Shown here: positions 18,558 to 28,912 of the stretch, one piece after another
How the letters are laid out: each line of letters opens with the position of its first letter
Position numbering within the stretch: the first letter of the stretch is position 1
Assembly (NCBI GenBank): GCA_965205495.1
Contig: CBDBHA010000002.1
Coordinates: 294,451 to 358,450 of the forward strand
Length of the DNA stretch: 64,000 nt
DNA from: Dehalococcoidia bacterium
GTDB lineage: Bacteria > Chloroflexota > Dehalococcoidia > Lucifugimonadales > UBA3495
Direction: 5' to 3'
Program-made: the position numbers and the translations under genes
Notes under the pieces: model-generated
Told to the model about the DNA's origin: nothing
The model's database searches: none
The model's input: the letters and a program-made list of their open reading frames with translations, nothing else

Positions 18558-20249
18558 ATGCCGGACGGAATCGAGGGTATCGACGGGGCCATCGGTCAGC
18601 TAATGCGGGCCAGGCCGGACCTTTGGGAGCGGGGGGTCTGCGGGCTGACCCAAACCGGACAAGGCATACCTGCCCTGGTCCATCGGGACGCCCATGCCAG
18701 CGGAACGCCCCTGGCCCGGGTGCTCCTGGTGGGGGGCCTGTCGGGCCGGGTGGAAGACGCTGCTATTGCCCAACAAGCCTTGGAACAGGTATACGAAGAC
18801 CGGGACAAGCTGGCGGCCAAGATCGCTATCAGCGCCGTTCCGTGCCTGAACATCGGAGCTTTTCTCGGTGAATCGGCGCCCCGGGACCTTTCCGAGAATT
18901 TCCCTCCGGTTGAAGGATATTATTTCGACACCGAAGCGCCCGAAGCCCGCTACATCTGGCGTTGGGCCACGTTGCAGGCGCCGGACCTGGTGTTGGAAGT
19001 CAGGCGGGGCGAATCGGTGCGGTGGGAAGGCAATAACGCCGTGGGGTTCTTGCCCTTTACCGTGGGAGCCGGCCTGTTGACCGGCGACACCACTTTTCTC
19101 GGAGCCCTGGGAGAAGGAGGGCCGGAGGGCATCGGCCCCATTCCGGGGCTGCGCTTGACGGCGGACGAGGAGTCCCTGGCGGGGGAGTTGTCCCGGTTGT
19201 GGGAGGCTTTAAACCAGGTACGGACCTGGCGGCCCGCTCCCGGACGGCAGGAGCTGGAACGGCGCAGGGACCGTTCCCATCTGGAGGTGGCGGGCATCCT
19301 GGCCGCACGGTACGGCCATGGATTGGACCCCATCGTCTACACCCAGGGCGTGGGTATCAGCGGGCGGGTGCAGTTGGCGGCCATGACCTCGGGGAGGGAA
19401 GAATCGTTAAGGGACGTGGCCGCCCTGGTGGAACCCTTGGTTTCGGGGGAGCGGGAAGCCATTGGGGAGAACCCGGGAGGATCCGCCCTGGCGGGGTTGG
19501 TCTGGACCTACGACTTGGCCCGAGCCGGCAACGACCAGCGAGCCGGCGACCTGCTGGTGCGGGCGGCGGACCAATTTCAACCCCGCGGACCCGGGGAGGC
19601 TCCTTCCCCCCTGGACCCGGACTTCCGGGTTGAGGATATGTTCATGGCCGGCGCGATGCTGGGGCGGGCTTACCAATGGACCGGCGACGAGTCCTACCTG
19701 GAAATCCTGAGCCGGTTCCTGGCGGACAGCGATGTGCAGCAGGACAACGGCCTCTTCTGGCACTGTCGCGGCGCTCCCTATTTTTGGTCCCGGGGCAACG
19801 GTTTCGCCGCCCTGGGGTTTGCGGAGGCCCTGACTTACCTGCCGGATTCCTGGCCCCAGCGAGATTCGTTGCTGGCGGCCCACCGGCGTCACTTGCAGGT
19901 CTTGCAGGCCATCCAATTGCCTTCTGGCTTGTTTTCCCAGCTTTTGGACGTTCCGGGTTCCTACGCCGAGTTCACGTCGACCTGCATGATTGGCTACGCC
20001 ATGGCCCGGGGCCTGCGGCGGGGGTGGTTGGACCCTTCTTTCCGGGAGTCGTTGGACCGGGCTTGGCGGGGAGTCAAGGAACGCATCGACGACGAGGGGA
20101 ATGTGGCTGACGCCTGTATCAGCACCGGAGTGCAGCAAAGCGTCAAGGAATACCTGGACCGGCCGGCCGTTTTGGGGTATGACGACCGCAGCGGCAGTCT
20201 GGCCCTCTGGTTTGCCCTGGAGATGGAACGGTTGGAACCGGAAGGGTGA
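18558..20249 (+). CDS. GH88/GH105-like glycoside hydrolase with N-terminal M14-like domain
   Basis: EDMFM, GLFWH, FWSRGNG, EFTSTCMIGY in the C-half. Confidence 0.8.
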   Translation: MPDGIEGIDGAIGQLMRARPDLWERGVCGLTQTGQGIPALVHRDAHASGTPLARVLLVGGLSGRVEDAAIAQQALEQVYEDRDKLAAKIAISAVPCLNIGAFLGESAPRDLSENFPPVEGYYFDTEAPEARYIWRWATLQAPDLVLEVRRGESVRWEGNNAVGFLPFTVGAGLLTGDTTFLGALGEGGPEGIGPIPGLRLTADEESLAGELSRLWEALNQVRTWRPAPGRQELERRRDRSHLEVAGILAARYGHGLDPIVYTQGVGISGRVQLAAMTSGREESLRDVAALVEPLVSGEREAIGENPGGSALAGLVWTYDLARAGNDQRAGDLLVRAADQFQPRGPGEAPSPLDPDFRVEDMFMAGAMLGRAYQWTGDESYLEILSRFLADSDVQQDNGLFWHCRGAPYFWSRGNGFAALGFAEALTYLPDSWPQRDSLLAAHRRHLQVLQAIQLPSGLFSQLLDVPGSYAEFTSTCMIGYAMARGLRRGWLDPSFRESLDRAWRGVKERIDDEGNVADACISTGVQQSVKEYLDRPAVLGYDDRSGSLALWFALEMERLEPEG

Positions 20250-20364
20250 CCCAGGGCCGCCCCAGGTTCAACGGCGGGTTTTTGACTGGCAATCTCCCAT
20301 CCTGGGACTTATCATGGGCCTACTTAGCCCCCACCACTCCTATTGTTATTGAGGAGGTCGAACC

Positions 20365-21570
20365 ATGACCACGACGCCGCAACTTCAAGGCGAATTCCGC
20401 CCTCCGGTGCCCTCCAGGGTAATTTTTGGGCAGGGGAAACTCTCCCAACTGGGGACCGAAGTGGCAAACCTGGGCGGCAAGCGGGCCCTGCTGCTTTCGG
20501 GCCGCTCGGTTGCCGAACAGACCGACGCCGTCCGCCGGACCCAGGAAGTTTTGGGCGATTCCTGCGTCGGCGTCTACTCGGGACTTACCCAGCGGGCGCC
20601 CTTGTCCACCGCGGTTGCCGCCACCAAGCTGGCGTTGGAGACCGGGGCGGACACGTTGGTGGGCGTGGGAGGCAGCACCATCTCTGACGCCGCCCGAATG
20701 ATTGCCGTGATGATGGCTGAAGGAATCACCTCTGAGGAAGAGCTGCGCCGTTTGGGGCACCAGTCCGACGGCTTGTTGGCCCCGGACTTGACCGGCAAGC
20801 AGCTTCCCTGGCAGGTCTCCATACCAACCACGCTTTCCGCCGGAGAGTTCAACCAGGGAGGCGGCAACATTCTGGACGACCAGGCCAACCATAAGATACG
20901 AGTGCGGAACGCCGGTCTTTACGCCCATCTCATTGTCCTGGACCCGGAGATGACCGTGGGCACCCCCGACTGGTTGTGGTTGTCCACCGGGGTCAAAGCG
21001 CTGGACCACTGCATAGAGCGGTTGTACTGCAAGGGCAGCCAACCCGCCACCGATGCCACCACCGCCAAGGCGGCTGAACTGCTGTTCAGCTATCTACCCA
21101 AGTCACGGGAAGCCGACCACGACTTGGAAGCTCGTTTGCAGTGCCTCCTGGGAGCCTGGCTTTCCATGATGGGCGCTCCCAGCGTCGGGTCGGGGCTTAG
21201 CCACGCCCTGGGCCATGTCATCGGGGTGAAATACAACGTTGGCCACGGGTACACTTCCTGTGTAACCCAGCCCTACGTGATGGAGTTCAACCGTTCCGCC
21301 TCGGCTGACAAGCAGGCCATGCTGGCCCGGGCGTCGGGGATCGACACCACCGGCATGAGCGACGAAGCCGCGGCGACGGCGGCGGCCCGGGTGGTGGACG
21401 AGTTCATCATGGGCCTGGGGATGCCCCACCGCCTGCGGGACCTGGAAATCCCGAAAGAGGACTTCGGCGAGATTGCCGACCTGACCCTGGGTGATGGTGC
21501 ATCGGGCAACAACCCGGTGGCGGTTACGACCCGGGAACAGGTAATGCAGGTCTTGGAAGCGGCCTGGTAA
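20365..21570 (+). CDS. Iron-containing alcohol dehydrogenase (maleylacetate reductase-like)
   Basis: GGSTISD, IPTTLSAGE, ALDHCIE, HALGH. Confidence 0.92.
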   Translation: MTTTPQLQGEFRPPVPSRVIFGQGKLSQLGTEVANLGGKRALLLSGRSVAEQTDAVRRTQEVLGDSCVGVYSGLTQRAPLSTAVAATKLALETGADTLVGVGGSTISDAARMIAVMMAEGITSEEELRRLGHQSDGLLAPDLTGKQLPWQVSIPTTLSAGEFNQGGGNILDDQANHKIRVRNAGLYAHLIVLDPEMTVGTPDWLWLSTGVKALDHCIERLYCKGSQPATDATTAKAAELLFSYLPKSREADHDLEARLQCLLGAWLSMMGAPSVGSGLSHALGHVIGVKYNVGHGYTSCVTQPYVMEFNRSASADKQAMLARASGIDTTGMSDEAAATAAARVVDEFIMGLGMPHRLRDLEIPKEDFGEIADLTLGDGASGNNPVAVTTREQVMQVLEAAW

Positions 21571-21619
21571 CCGGGGCAGCCGAACACGGACGTAGTACGT
21601 CAAAAAGAGGAGCGCGAGC

Positions 21620-22471
21620 ATGGCGGGACTGGAAGGAAAGGTGGCCCTGGTTACCGGGGCCGGCGGAATGCGCGGCGTAGGCCGGGCCACCGCTTTGAAG
21701 CTTGCCTCGCAAGGGGCGGACCTGGTAATCACCGACGTTAGACGGGAGGCCGGCGACCTTCCACCCGCCGAAGTGCGGGTGGAGTGGAACAGCATCGACA
21801 GCGTTGCCGAGGAAGTCCGCGCCCTGGGGCGGGAGTGCGAGCCCATCTACGCCGACCTGGGGCAAAGCGAACAGATCCAGCAAATGGTGTCCCAAGCGGT
21901 GGAGCGGTTCGGCCACATCGACGTTTTGGTAAACAATGCCAGGGCCATCATCGGCCGGGACAAGGTCCCCGTCACCGAGTTGGAGGAAGACGTTTGGCGC
22001 CATTTCCTGGACATCAATACCACCGCCGTTTTCCTTTGCACCAAGTTCGCGGGGCGGCAGATGATTAAACAGGGCGGCGGCGGACGCATTATTAACATTG
22101 CCTCCAACGCTTCCAAACAGGCCAGCGCGACCGGCGCCGCCTACTCAAGCTCCAAGTTTGCCGTCTTGGGTTTGACCCAAGCCTCGGCCTTGGACCTGGC
22201 GCGTTACGGGATAACGGTCAACTCGGTGTGCCCCGGACCCATTAACACCGACCGCATGAGCTACTGGGAAAGGGCGGAAGCCCAGCAGCGGGGGATTACC
22301 CAAGAGCAGTTCCGGGCCCAAATCGTGGAGCAGTCCGGTCAATCGACGCCCCTTGGCCGCATCGCCGAGGCCGAGGACGTGGCTAACATGGTGTCCTTTT
22401 TGGCGTCGGAGGATGCCAGCTTCATCACTGGCCAGGCCTACAACGTCAACGGCGGGCTGCTTTTCCACTGA
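21620..22471 (+). CDS. SDR family oxidoreductase
   Basis: TGAGGxxGVG, NNA, YSSSK, CPG. Confidence 0.95.
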   Translation: MAGLEGKVALVTGAGGMRGVGRATALKLASQGADLVITDVRREAGDLPPAEVRVEWNSIDSVAEEVRALGRECEPIYADLGQSEQIQQMVSQAVERFGHIDVLVNNARAIIGRDKVPVTELEEDVWRHFLDINTTAVFLCTKFAGRQMIKQGGGGRIINIASNASKQASATGAAYSSSKFAVLGLTQASALDLARYGITVNSVCPGPINTDRMSYWERAEAQQRGITQEQFRAQIVEQSGQSTPLGRIAEAEDVANMVSFLASEDASFITGQAYNVNGGLLFH

Positions 22472-22508
22472 AGAACCTTTCCAAACGCAGGGCTGAGGTG
22501 CAACCAAC

Positions 22509-23471
22509 ATGAAATACGGGTTTACCGTGCCGGGACGGGGGCCGCTGGCCAGCCCGGACTCGCTCATCACTATTGCCAAGCACGCCGAGGAGTTGGGCTA
22601 CGACTCCATCTCAATGGGCGACCACATCCTGGTGCCCAACAACATCGACTCCACCTATCCCTACACCGAGGGCGGGGAGTTCCCGGGCAGCGCGACCGGT
22701 TCGTCGATGGAGCAGATAACGGCCTTGTCCTTCCTGGCCGGAGCCACGGAAAAGGTACGGCTGGCCACCAGCGTGCTAATCGTTCCCCACCGGAACCCGT
22801 TGGTGGCGGCCAAGGCGTTGGCGACCCTGGACCTGCTGTCCCAGGGCCGGCTGATTGTGGGTATCGGCGTGGGTTGGATGCGGGAGGAATTCGAGGCCTT
22901 GGGGATTCCGCCCTTTGAAGAGCGGGGAGCGGTAACCGACGAATACATCCAGGCTTTCAAAGAGCTGTGGACCAGCGAAAACCCCAGCTTCGAAGGGAAG
23001 TACATCGGCTTTTCCGACATAACCTTCCTGCCCAAACCGGCCCAGAAACCCCACCCGCCCATCTGGGTGGGCGGAGAGAGCCGGCGGGCGATCCGGCGGG
23101 CGGCCAGGTATTGCGACGCCTGGTACCCCATCGGCTCCAACCCCCAGTTCCCCATGGGCGAGCCGGAGCAGTTGGCCGAAGGAATGCAGCGGTTGGTGAC
23201 CTATGCCGAGCGGGCGGGACGGGATCCTTCCGAGGTTGAGGTGGTCTACCGGACCCACCACTACGAAATCGCCGCCGAAGGCAACCGGCCCGCCGGCCCG
23301 GACCGGGAGAAGTTCACCGGGACTTCCGACCAGGTGGCCGCCGACGTCCGCCAATATGAAGAGATGGGGGTCGGGTATCTGGTGGTGGACCTGGCCCGCA
23401 TGAGCGGCACGCTGGAGCAGATGTTGGGGCACATGGACGACACCGCCAACCGGGTCTGGCCCAAGGTTTAA
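22509..23471 (+). CDS. LLM-class F420-dependent oxidoreductase (Rv2161c-like)
   Basis: DHILVP...YPY, ATLDLLSQGRLIVGIGVGWMREEF. Confidence 0.92.
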   Translation: MKYGFTVPGRGPLASPDSLITIAKHAEELGYDSISMGDHILVPNNIDSTYPYTEGGEFPGSATGSSMEQITALSFLAGATEKVRLATSVLIVPHRNPLVAAKALATLDLLSQGRLIVGIGVGWMREEFEALGIPPFEERGAVTDEYIQAFKELWTSENPSFEGKYIGFSDITFLPKPAQKPHPPIWVGGESRRAIRRAARYCDAWYPIGSNPQFPMGEPEQLAEGMQRLVTYAERAGRDPSEVEVVYRTHHYEIAAEGNRPAGPDREKFTGTSDQVAADVRQYEEMGVGYLVVDLARMSGTLEQMLGHMDDTANRVWPKV

Positions 23472-23478
23472 GGGGCGG

Positions 23479-24312
23479 CTAGGAGCGGGAGCCGGTGCCC
23501 ATTACCCGCCGGACCTGCTGCATCAGCCGCTCCACCGAAGCGGTATCCTCGGCGGGAGCGGTGGCGGCCAGGTAGCTCTGTAGGTCGTCCAACGCTTCCT
23601 GCAGGTGGCGGAGCCGGTAATGGACCACGCCCCGGTCCCGTATCTCCTGCTTGGCTTCGGGTTGGATGATGACCAGCCGGTCCAGGAGGGGCAGGGCCCG
23701 GGTATAGTCCCGCTGGTTCAAGTAGATGGCCTTCAGGTTCCGGATCATTCGGGCGATGAACTCCCGGTTGCCGATGGGGGTCAGGTATTGGGGGTCCCAG
23801 GGGACCGTTCCCTGGGCAATGTCCTGCAACCGCTGTTCGGTTTCACCGGGGGACAACAGTATGCCGCCGAAGAAGGGGTCGATGTACCAGTCTTCCACGT
23901 CGCGATGCCGCAGCAGCAGGTGACCCGGCATTCCGATGGCCAAGAGGGGGATGCCCAGCCGCCGTCCCACTTCGATGCAGACCAATGAGAGGGCGATGGG
24001 GATGCCGGTGCGGCGGGCGAGGACGTCGTTTAGGAAGCTGTTGCGGGGATCGTAGTACTCTTCTTGGTTGCCGTGGAAACCAACCTCGTCGAAGAGGTAC
24101 TCGCTGAGGCGGTTGACGGCGGTAAGGGGGTCGGGGTTGTCTCCGATGCGCCGGGAAGCGGCGGCGGCCAGAGAGTCGAGCACGCGCAATTGTTGGTCGA
24201 CGTCCAGGGCGGGATACTCAACCGCCGCGATGAGGAGAGCTGCCCGGCCCAATTCAATCTCTTCCTCCGGCAGGTGCGCGAGCCGTTGGAAATGTTCGAT
24301 GGCGTTGGTCAT
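23479..24312 (-). CDS. SirB1/transglutaminase-like protein with TPR
   Basis: YYDPRNSFLNDVLARRTGIPIALS, PGH, DPF, EIRDRG. Confidence 0.92.
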   Translation of the reverse strand: MTNAIEHFQRLAHLPEEEIELGRAALLIAAVEYPALDVDQQLRVLDSLAAAASRRIGDNPDPLTAVNRLSEYLFDEVGFHGNQEEYYDPRNSFLNDVLARRTGIPIALSLVCIEVGRRLGIPLLAIGMPGHLLLRHRDVEDWYIDPFFGGILLSPGETEQRLQDIAQGTVPWDPQYLTPIGNREFIARMIRNLKAIYLNQRDYTRALPLLDRLVIIQPEAKQEIRDRGVVHYRLRHLQEALDDLQSYLAATAPAEDTASVERLMQQVRRVMGTGSRS

Positions 24313-24348
24313 AACGGAAGACCGGTCCCGAACAGTGTCCTTGGACGG

Positions 24349-24579
24349 TTAACGGGCGGGTTTGAGGGGTGGGTAGCTGGCCTGTTCTTGCTGGATTGAG
24401 CCGGACCGGCCCGCTATGTCCCGGACCTCGTGCTTCTCCGCTTGGCACTGGGGGCACCAGACCAGTTCGTCGGAGAAGAGCCGCATGTTGTCCTTCTTGA
24501 CGGTTACCGTCTCGATTTCGCTGCCGCAGTCGCGGCAGCTTCGGCGGACGGAGACTTCGTTGATGAGGTTAATTGGCAT
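24349..24579 (-). CDS. Small zinc-ribbon protein
   Basis: CRDC...CPQC; AGGA upstream of ATG 24579. Confidence 0.65.
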   Translation of the reverse strand: MPINLINEVSVRRSCRDCGSEIETVTVKKDNMRLFSDELVWCPQCQAEKHEVRDIAGRSGSIQQEQASYPPLKPAR

Positions 24580-24666
24580 GGGAAATTCCTGAAGGCTGGT
24601 TACGTTGCAATGGCCTGATTCGAGTGTAGTCTGGGCCCCTTGGCGTGTCAACGCGGGAAAAATTCG

Positions 24667-24799
24667 GTAAGTGTTCAGACTTGAGGAGTCATCCTGACAT
24701 CAAACTGTCATTCCGGCCCCCGTATCGGGTACGGGGGAGGCTTTGAGCCGGGATCCAGGAATCCTGGGTTGAGCTAACCCCTTAATTCTGAACAGTTAC
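24667..24799. mobile_element. IS66-type MITE (133 bp)
   Basis: Ends GTAAGTGTTCAG / CTGAACAGTTAC like IS66 at 31181; perfect 8-bp TSD AAAATTCG (24659-24666, 24800-24807). Confidence 0.88.
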
Positions 24800-24916
24800 A
24801 AAATTCGGGGCCGGTATTGGCAACGGCCGGTTTCAAGGGTATAGTTAGCGCAAACCTGATGGAGTCATATACTCCTGGGGAACAGCCGGATTCCGGCATA
24901 ATTGGGAGGTCTAGTT

Positions 24917-25363
24917 ATGGCAAAACCTATCCGTGTTGGGCATCTGGTGCTTAACGTTAAAGACCTGGAAGCCTCGACCAAGTTCTACACCGACATCCTG
25001 GGCTTCGAAGTCTCCCGTTCCACTCCGACGGGTACTTTCCTGAGTTGCGGCAAGATTCACCATGACCTTGCGCTGTTCAAGGCCCCCGAGGGCGCAATGC
25101 CGGTCACCGAGGGACAGTTGGGTCTCAATCACTTCGCGGTGCAAGTGGCCGACCTGGCCGACCTGACCGAGGTTTACAACGGCCTTAAAGACCAAGACGT
25201 TAATCTGGACCGGAACACCGACCACGGCATGACGTCCAGCGTCTATTTCTTCGATCCCGACGGCAACCGGATTGAGTTCTTCTGCAACAACACTGAGAAC
25301 GAAGAAGGACTGGCCATGATGGGCGACATGAACCGGGTCAACAAGGAACTGGTGCTGGGTTAA
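24917..25363 (+). CDS. VOC/glyoxalase family protein
   Basis: GHLVL, FYTDILGF, HHDLAL, GLNHFA, YFFDPDGNRIE. Confidence 0.93.
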   Translation: MAKPIRVGHLVLNVKDLEASTKFYTDILGFEVSRSTPTGTFLSCGKIHHDLALFKAPEGAMPVTEGQLGLNHFAVQVADLADLTEVYNGLKDQDVNLDRNTDHGMTSSVYFFDPDGNRIEFFCNNTENEEGLAMMGDMNRVNKELVLG

Positions 25364-25381
25364 ACCCGCCGCAGATTAGCT

Positions 25382-25413
25382 AAACGCCCCGGCGTATTGC
25401 CGGGGCGTTTCTT
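25382..25413 (+). terminator. Rho-independent terminator
   Basis: AAACGCCCCGGC GTATT GCCGGGGCGTTT CTTT. Confidence 0.8.
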
Positions 25414-25457
25414 TGTCTGGGACATCCCTGGGAACGCCGCCCGAAACTTTTGAGCTA

Positions 25458-26057
25458 ATGTCCACTTCCAACAAGCCTATAATCGTAGGAATATCCGGCG
25501 CCAGCGGGGCGATTATCGCCAGGCAGACCGTTGATGAATTGTTGCGTCGTCAAATCCCGACCATTGCCCTGTGCTCCAACGGCGGCAAGCTGGTGTGGCA
25601 GGACGAGTTGGGCTGCTCCTTTAACGACACCTTGGCCCAATGGACCGAGGACCCCAATTTCACTCACTATCCCATCAACCATCTGCGGGCCCCCATCGCC
25701 AGCGGCACCTTTGCCACCGCCGGCATGGCTGTGGTCCCGTGCAGCATGAACAGCGTCGCGGCCATTGCCCACGGCCTTTCCAACAACCTGTTGCTGCGGG
25801 CCGCCGACGTTTGCTTGAAAGAGAACCGGAAACTGGTGCTGATGCCCCGGGAAACCCCGCTCCACAGCATCCACCTGGAAAACTTGCTTACCCTGTCCCG
25901 CATGGGCGTGGTGATCCTCCCTCCCCAACCGGCTTTTTACCTCAATCCCCAAACTCTGGATGACATGGTCCAGTTTTTCGTCCAGCGCGTGCTGGTAGCC
26001 CTGGGAGTCGAGCCTGAGTTGCCCCAGGACCTCCAGTACAACGAGCGGGCCCGGTAG
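25458..26057 (+). CDS. ubiX: Flavin prenyltransferase UbiX
   Basis: GISGASG, APIASG, PCSM, RAADVCLKE, PRETP, PAFY. Confidence 0.95.
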   Translation: MSTSNKPIIVGISGASGAIIARQTVDELLRRQIPTIALCSNGGKLVWQDELGCSFNDTLAQWTEDPNFTHYPINHLRAPIASGTFATAGMAVVPCSMNSVAAIAHGLSNNLLLRAADVCLKENRKLVLMPRETPLHSIHLENLLTLSRMGVVILPPQPAFYLNPQTLDDMVQFFVQRVLVALGVEPELPQDLQYNERAR

Positions 26058-26092
26058 CGGCCTCCGCTAACGCATCCCGAGGTTTTCGCAGT

Positions 26093-26815
26093 ATGGCCGA
26101 GTTGACCGGGGAAGCCAAGCGGCGTTACGTAGCCGGCCTTTTTGCCCGCATCGCCCGCCGTTATGACCTGATGAACACCCTGATGACCGGGGGGATGCAC
26201 CATTATTGGAAACGCCGCACCGCCGTTCTGACCGCCGAGGGGCTGGAAGGCGTGGCCCTCGATGTCGCCACCGGCACCGGCGACTTGGCTTTTGCCCTAG
26301 CCAGACGTCCCGGAATCACCCATTCCGTTGGGCTGGACCTGCTGCCCGAGATGCTGGCTTTGGCCCAGTCCAAGTCCGGCAAAAGGGGACTTCGGAACAG
26401 CGTTAGCCTCATCACTGGTGACGCGCTGGCGCTGCCCTTCCCCGACGCGAGCTTCGCCTGCGCCACCGCCGGATTCAGCCTGCGGAATGTTCCCGACCTG
26501 CCCCAAGCATTGGCGGAAATGGCCCGGGTGGTGCGTCCCGGTGGGCGGGTAACCACGCTGGAGCTGACCCCGATGGGGCCCGGGGTAAAGTCCAGGGTGC
26601 TACGGTGGTACTTTCATGGGTTGGTGCCGGTCATTGGGCAGTTGGTGGCGGGAGACCGGGCCGCTTACACCTACCTGCCTCAGTCGGTGGACTATTTTCT
26701 GGAAGGGGGCCGGCTGGCTGGCCTTTTCCGTCAGGTTGGGTTGGCCGACGCGGGGTTTATCACGCTGGGATTTGGAGCGGTGGCCGTCCATTACGGAGTT
26801 AAACCACCCAATTAG
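26093..26815 (+). CDS. menG: Demethylmenaquinone methyltransferase (UbiE/MenG)
   Basis: FARIARRYDLMN, LDVATGTGD, LRNV, AYTYLPQSV. Confidence 0.9.
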   Translation: MAELTGEAKRRYVAGLFARIARRYDLMNTLMTGGMHHYWKRRTAVLTAEGLEGVALDVATGTGDLAFALARRPGITHSVGLDLLPEMLALAQSKSGKRGLRNSVSLITGDALALPFPDASFACATAGFSLRNVPDLPQALAEMARVVRPGGRVTTLELTPMGPGVKSRVLRWYFHGLVPVIGQLVAGDRAAYTYLPQSVDYFLEGGRLAGLFRQVGLADAGFITLGFGAVAVHYGVKPPN

Positions 26816-26954
26816 CAGCGTGATTCCCCAAAAGCGGCAATTCTGTCACCGTAAATGGCACTTGTTACCGGCGCCCGAATAGGCTAAAATGGAATTTGTT
26901 GCCGGTTTTCGCCGGGAAAGCCAACCATCCGGTCGCAATCCATCAGGAAACATT

Positions 26955-28034
26955 ATGAGTTCCATCTTCGATAAATTGGTTCCCATTGTCCGGCGTTACG
27001 AGGAGATCGAAGACAGCATGGGCCAGCCCGAAGTCGCCGTTGACTTCGAGCGCGTCCAGACGCTGGCTCGGGAGCGCGCCGGGCTTGAAGACCTGGTGGA
27101 AATCAGCCGGAAACACAAGAAATTGACCGAGGACCAAGGGGACCTGCGGTCCCTGGTTGAAGAGGGCGGAGACCCTGAGTTGGTCCAGATGGCCCGCGAA
27201 GAGTTGGAGGGAGTGGATAGCCGCTTGGACGGTCTGGCCCAGGCCCTGCGCGTGGCCCTGCTGCCTAAAGACCCCAATGACGATCGGGATGTCATCGTCG
27301 AAATCCGCTCCGGTACAGGGGGCCAAGAAGCCAGCCTTTTCGCCGGAGACCTGTACCGGCTGTATGCCAGGTACGCCCAACTCAAACACTGGCAGGTTGA
27401 GGTTATGGACTCCAACCCGTCGGACCTGGGCGGTTTCAATAAGATTGCTTTTGAAATCCAGGGGAAAGGCGCCTTTAGCCGTTTGAAGTACGAACGGGGT
27501 GTCCACCGGGTGCAGCGGGTGCCGGACACCGAGGCTCAGGGGAGGATTCACACCTCCACCGCCACCGTTGCGGTGCTGCCCGAAGCCGACGAGGTGGAGG
27601 TCAAGATTAACCCCGACGATGTTCGGATTGACATTTTCCATGCCGGCGGCCACGGCGGGCAAAACGTCAACAAGGTAGCCACCGCAGTGCGGATTGTTTA
27701 CGAACCCACCGGTTTGGTGGTGGTCTGCCAGGACGAACGCTCCCAGCACAAGAACAAACAGAAAGCCATGGCCATGTTGCGCGCCCGAATTTTCGAGGTT
27801 GAGCAGGAACGGCACGATGCGGAAATCAGCCGCGACCGCAAGTCCCAGGTGGGGAGCGCGGAACGGTCTGACAAAATCCGCACCTACAACTACCCCCAGG
27901 ACCGTATCACCGATCACCGTATCTCCTCCAGCTTCCACCCGGTCCAACGGGTGATGGACGGCGACTTGGACGACATCATCGACGCGCTGGTGTCCCACGA
28001 ACAAGCCCGCCTGCTGGAAAAAGTCACCGCTTAA
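26955..28034 (+). CDS. prfA: Peptide chain release factor 1
   Basis: PxT (PDT) motif, GRIHTS, GGQ, RTYNYPQDR. Confidence 0.97.
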   Translation: MSSIFDKLVPIVRRYEEIEDSMGQPEVAVDFERVQTLARERAGLEDLVEISRKHKKLTEDQGDLRSLVEEGGDPELVQMAREELEGVDSRLDGLAQALRVALLPKDPNDDRDVIVEIRSGTGGQEASLFAGDLYRLYARYAQLKHWQVEVMDSNPSDLGGFNKIAFEIQGKGAFSRLKYERGVHRVQRVPDTEAQGRIHTSTATVAVLPEADEVEVKINPDDVRIDIFHAGGHGGQNVNKVATAVRIVYEPTGLVVVCQDERSQHKNKQKAMAMLRARIFEVEQERHDAEISRDRKSQVGSAERSDKIRTYNYPQDRITDHRISSSFHPVQRVMDGDLDDIIDALVSHEQARLLEKVTA

Positions 28035-28042
28035 TTTCCTCT

Positions 28043-28912
28043 ATGCCCTCTTTGCGCCAGGTCATCCAGCGGACCCACCAAACCCTTGAGTCCGGCGGAA
28101 TTCCTGATGCCCGGTTGGAAGCCGAGGTTATGACCATGAACGTCATGCGAATGCCCCGCCAGGACCTTTTCGCCCAGCAGGAAACGGAGGTGGCTCCCCA
28201 GCAAGAAGGGACTCTCGACGAAATCATCCGGCGCCGGTTGGAGCGGGAGCCTCTGGCCTACATCCTGGGCTACAAGGAGTTTTACGGGGTAAACCTGCTG
28301 GTCAACTCAGATGTGCTGATTCCCCGTCCCGAGACCGAGTCACTGGTGGAACACACCCTCTTCATGGCGTTGATGGGCATGGAGACTCCGGAGTTGGTCA
28401 TCGCCGACATTGGCACCGGCACGGGCGCCGTGGCGGTGAACCTGGCGATTCACCTGGCGGCGGCCCGCATCTACGCCGTGGACATTGCCGACCCGGTGCT
28501 GGACGTGGCCAGCTACAACATTCGCGCCCATAATGTGGCCGACCGGGTGACCCTGCTGAAGGGCGACTTGTTGGAACCCCTGCCGGAGTCGGTGGACCTG
28601 ATCGTCGCCAACCTGCCCTACCTGCCCACGGAGAGGATTCCCACGCTTCAGCCGGAGGTGCAAAGAGAACCGGCGGCGGCCCTGGACGGCGGGCCGGAAG
28701 GGTTGGACTTGATTAACCGGCTGCTGCACCAGGCGGCGGAGGGCAAGCTTAAAGACCACGGAATCATTGTGTTGGAGTTGGACCCGGAACAGGTTGCCCC
28801 GGTTACCGCCCTGGGTCAAGAGCTTTTCCCAGGGGCGGAAATCGACGTGGAGAAAGACCTGGGCGGGCTGGACCGGATGCTGGTGATCAACCAGGGCGGC
28901 GACGCCTACTGA
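28043..28912 (+). CDS. prmC: Release factor glutamine methyltransferase
   Basis: EPLAYI, LIPRPETE, DIGTGTG, NLPY; follows prfA. Confidence 0.96.
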   Translation: MPSLRQVIQRTHQTLESGGIPDARLEAEVMTMNVMRMPRQDLFAQQETEVAPQQEGTLDEIIRRRLEREPLAYILGYKEFYGVNLLVNSDVLIPRPETESLVEHTLFMALMGMETPELVIADIGTGTGAVAVNLAIHLAAARIYAVDIADPVLDVASYNIRAHNVADRVTLLKGDLLEPLPESVDLIVANLPYLPTERIPTLQPEVQREPAAALDGGPEGLDLINRLLHQAAEGKLKDHGIIVLELDPEQVAPVTALGQELFPGAEIDVEKDLGGLDRMLVINQGGDAY

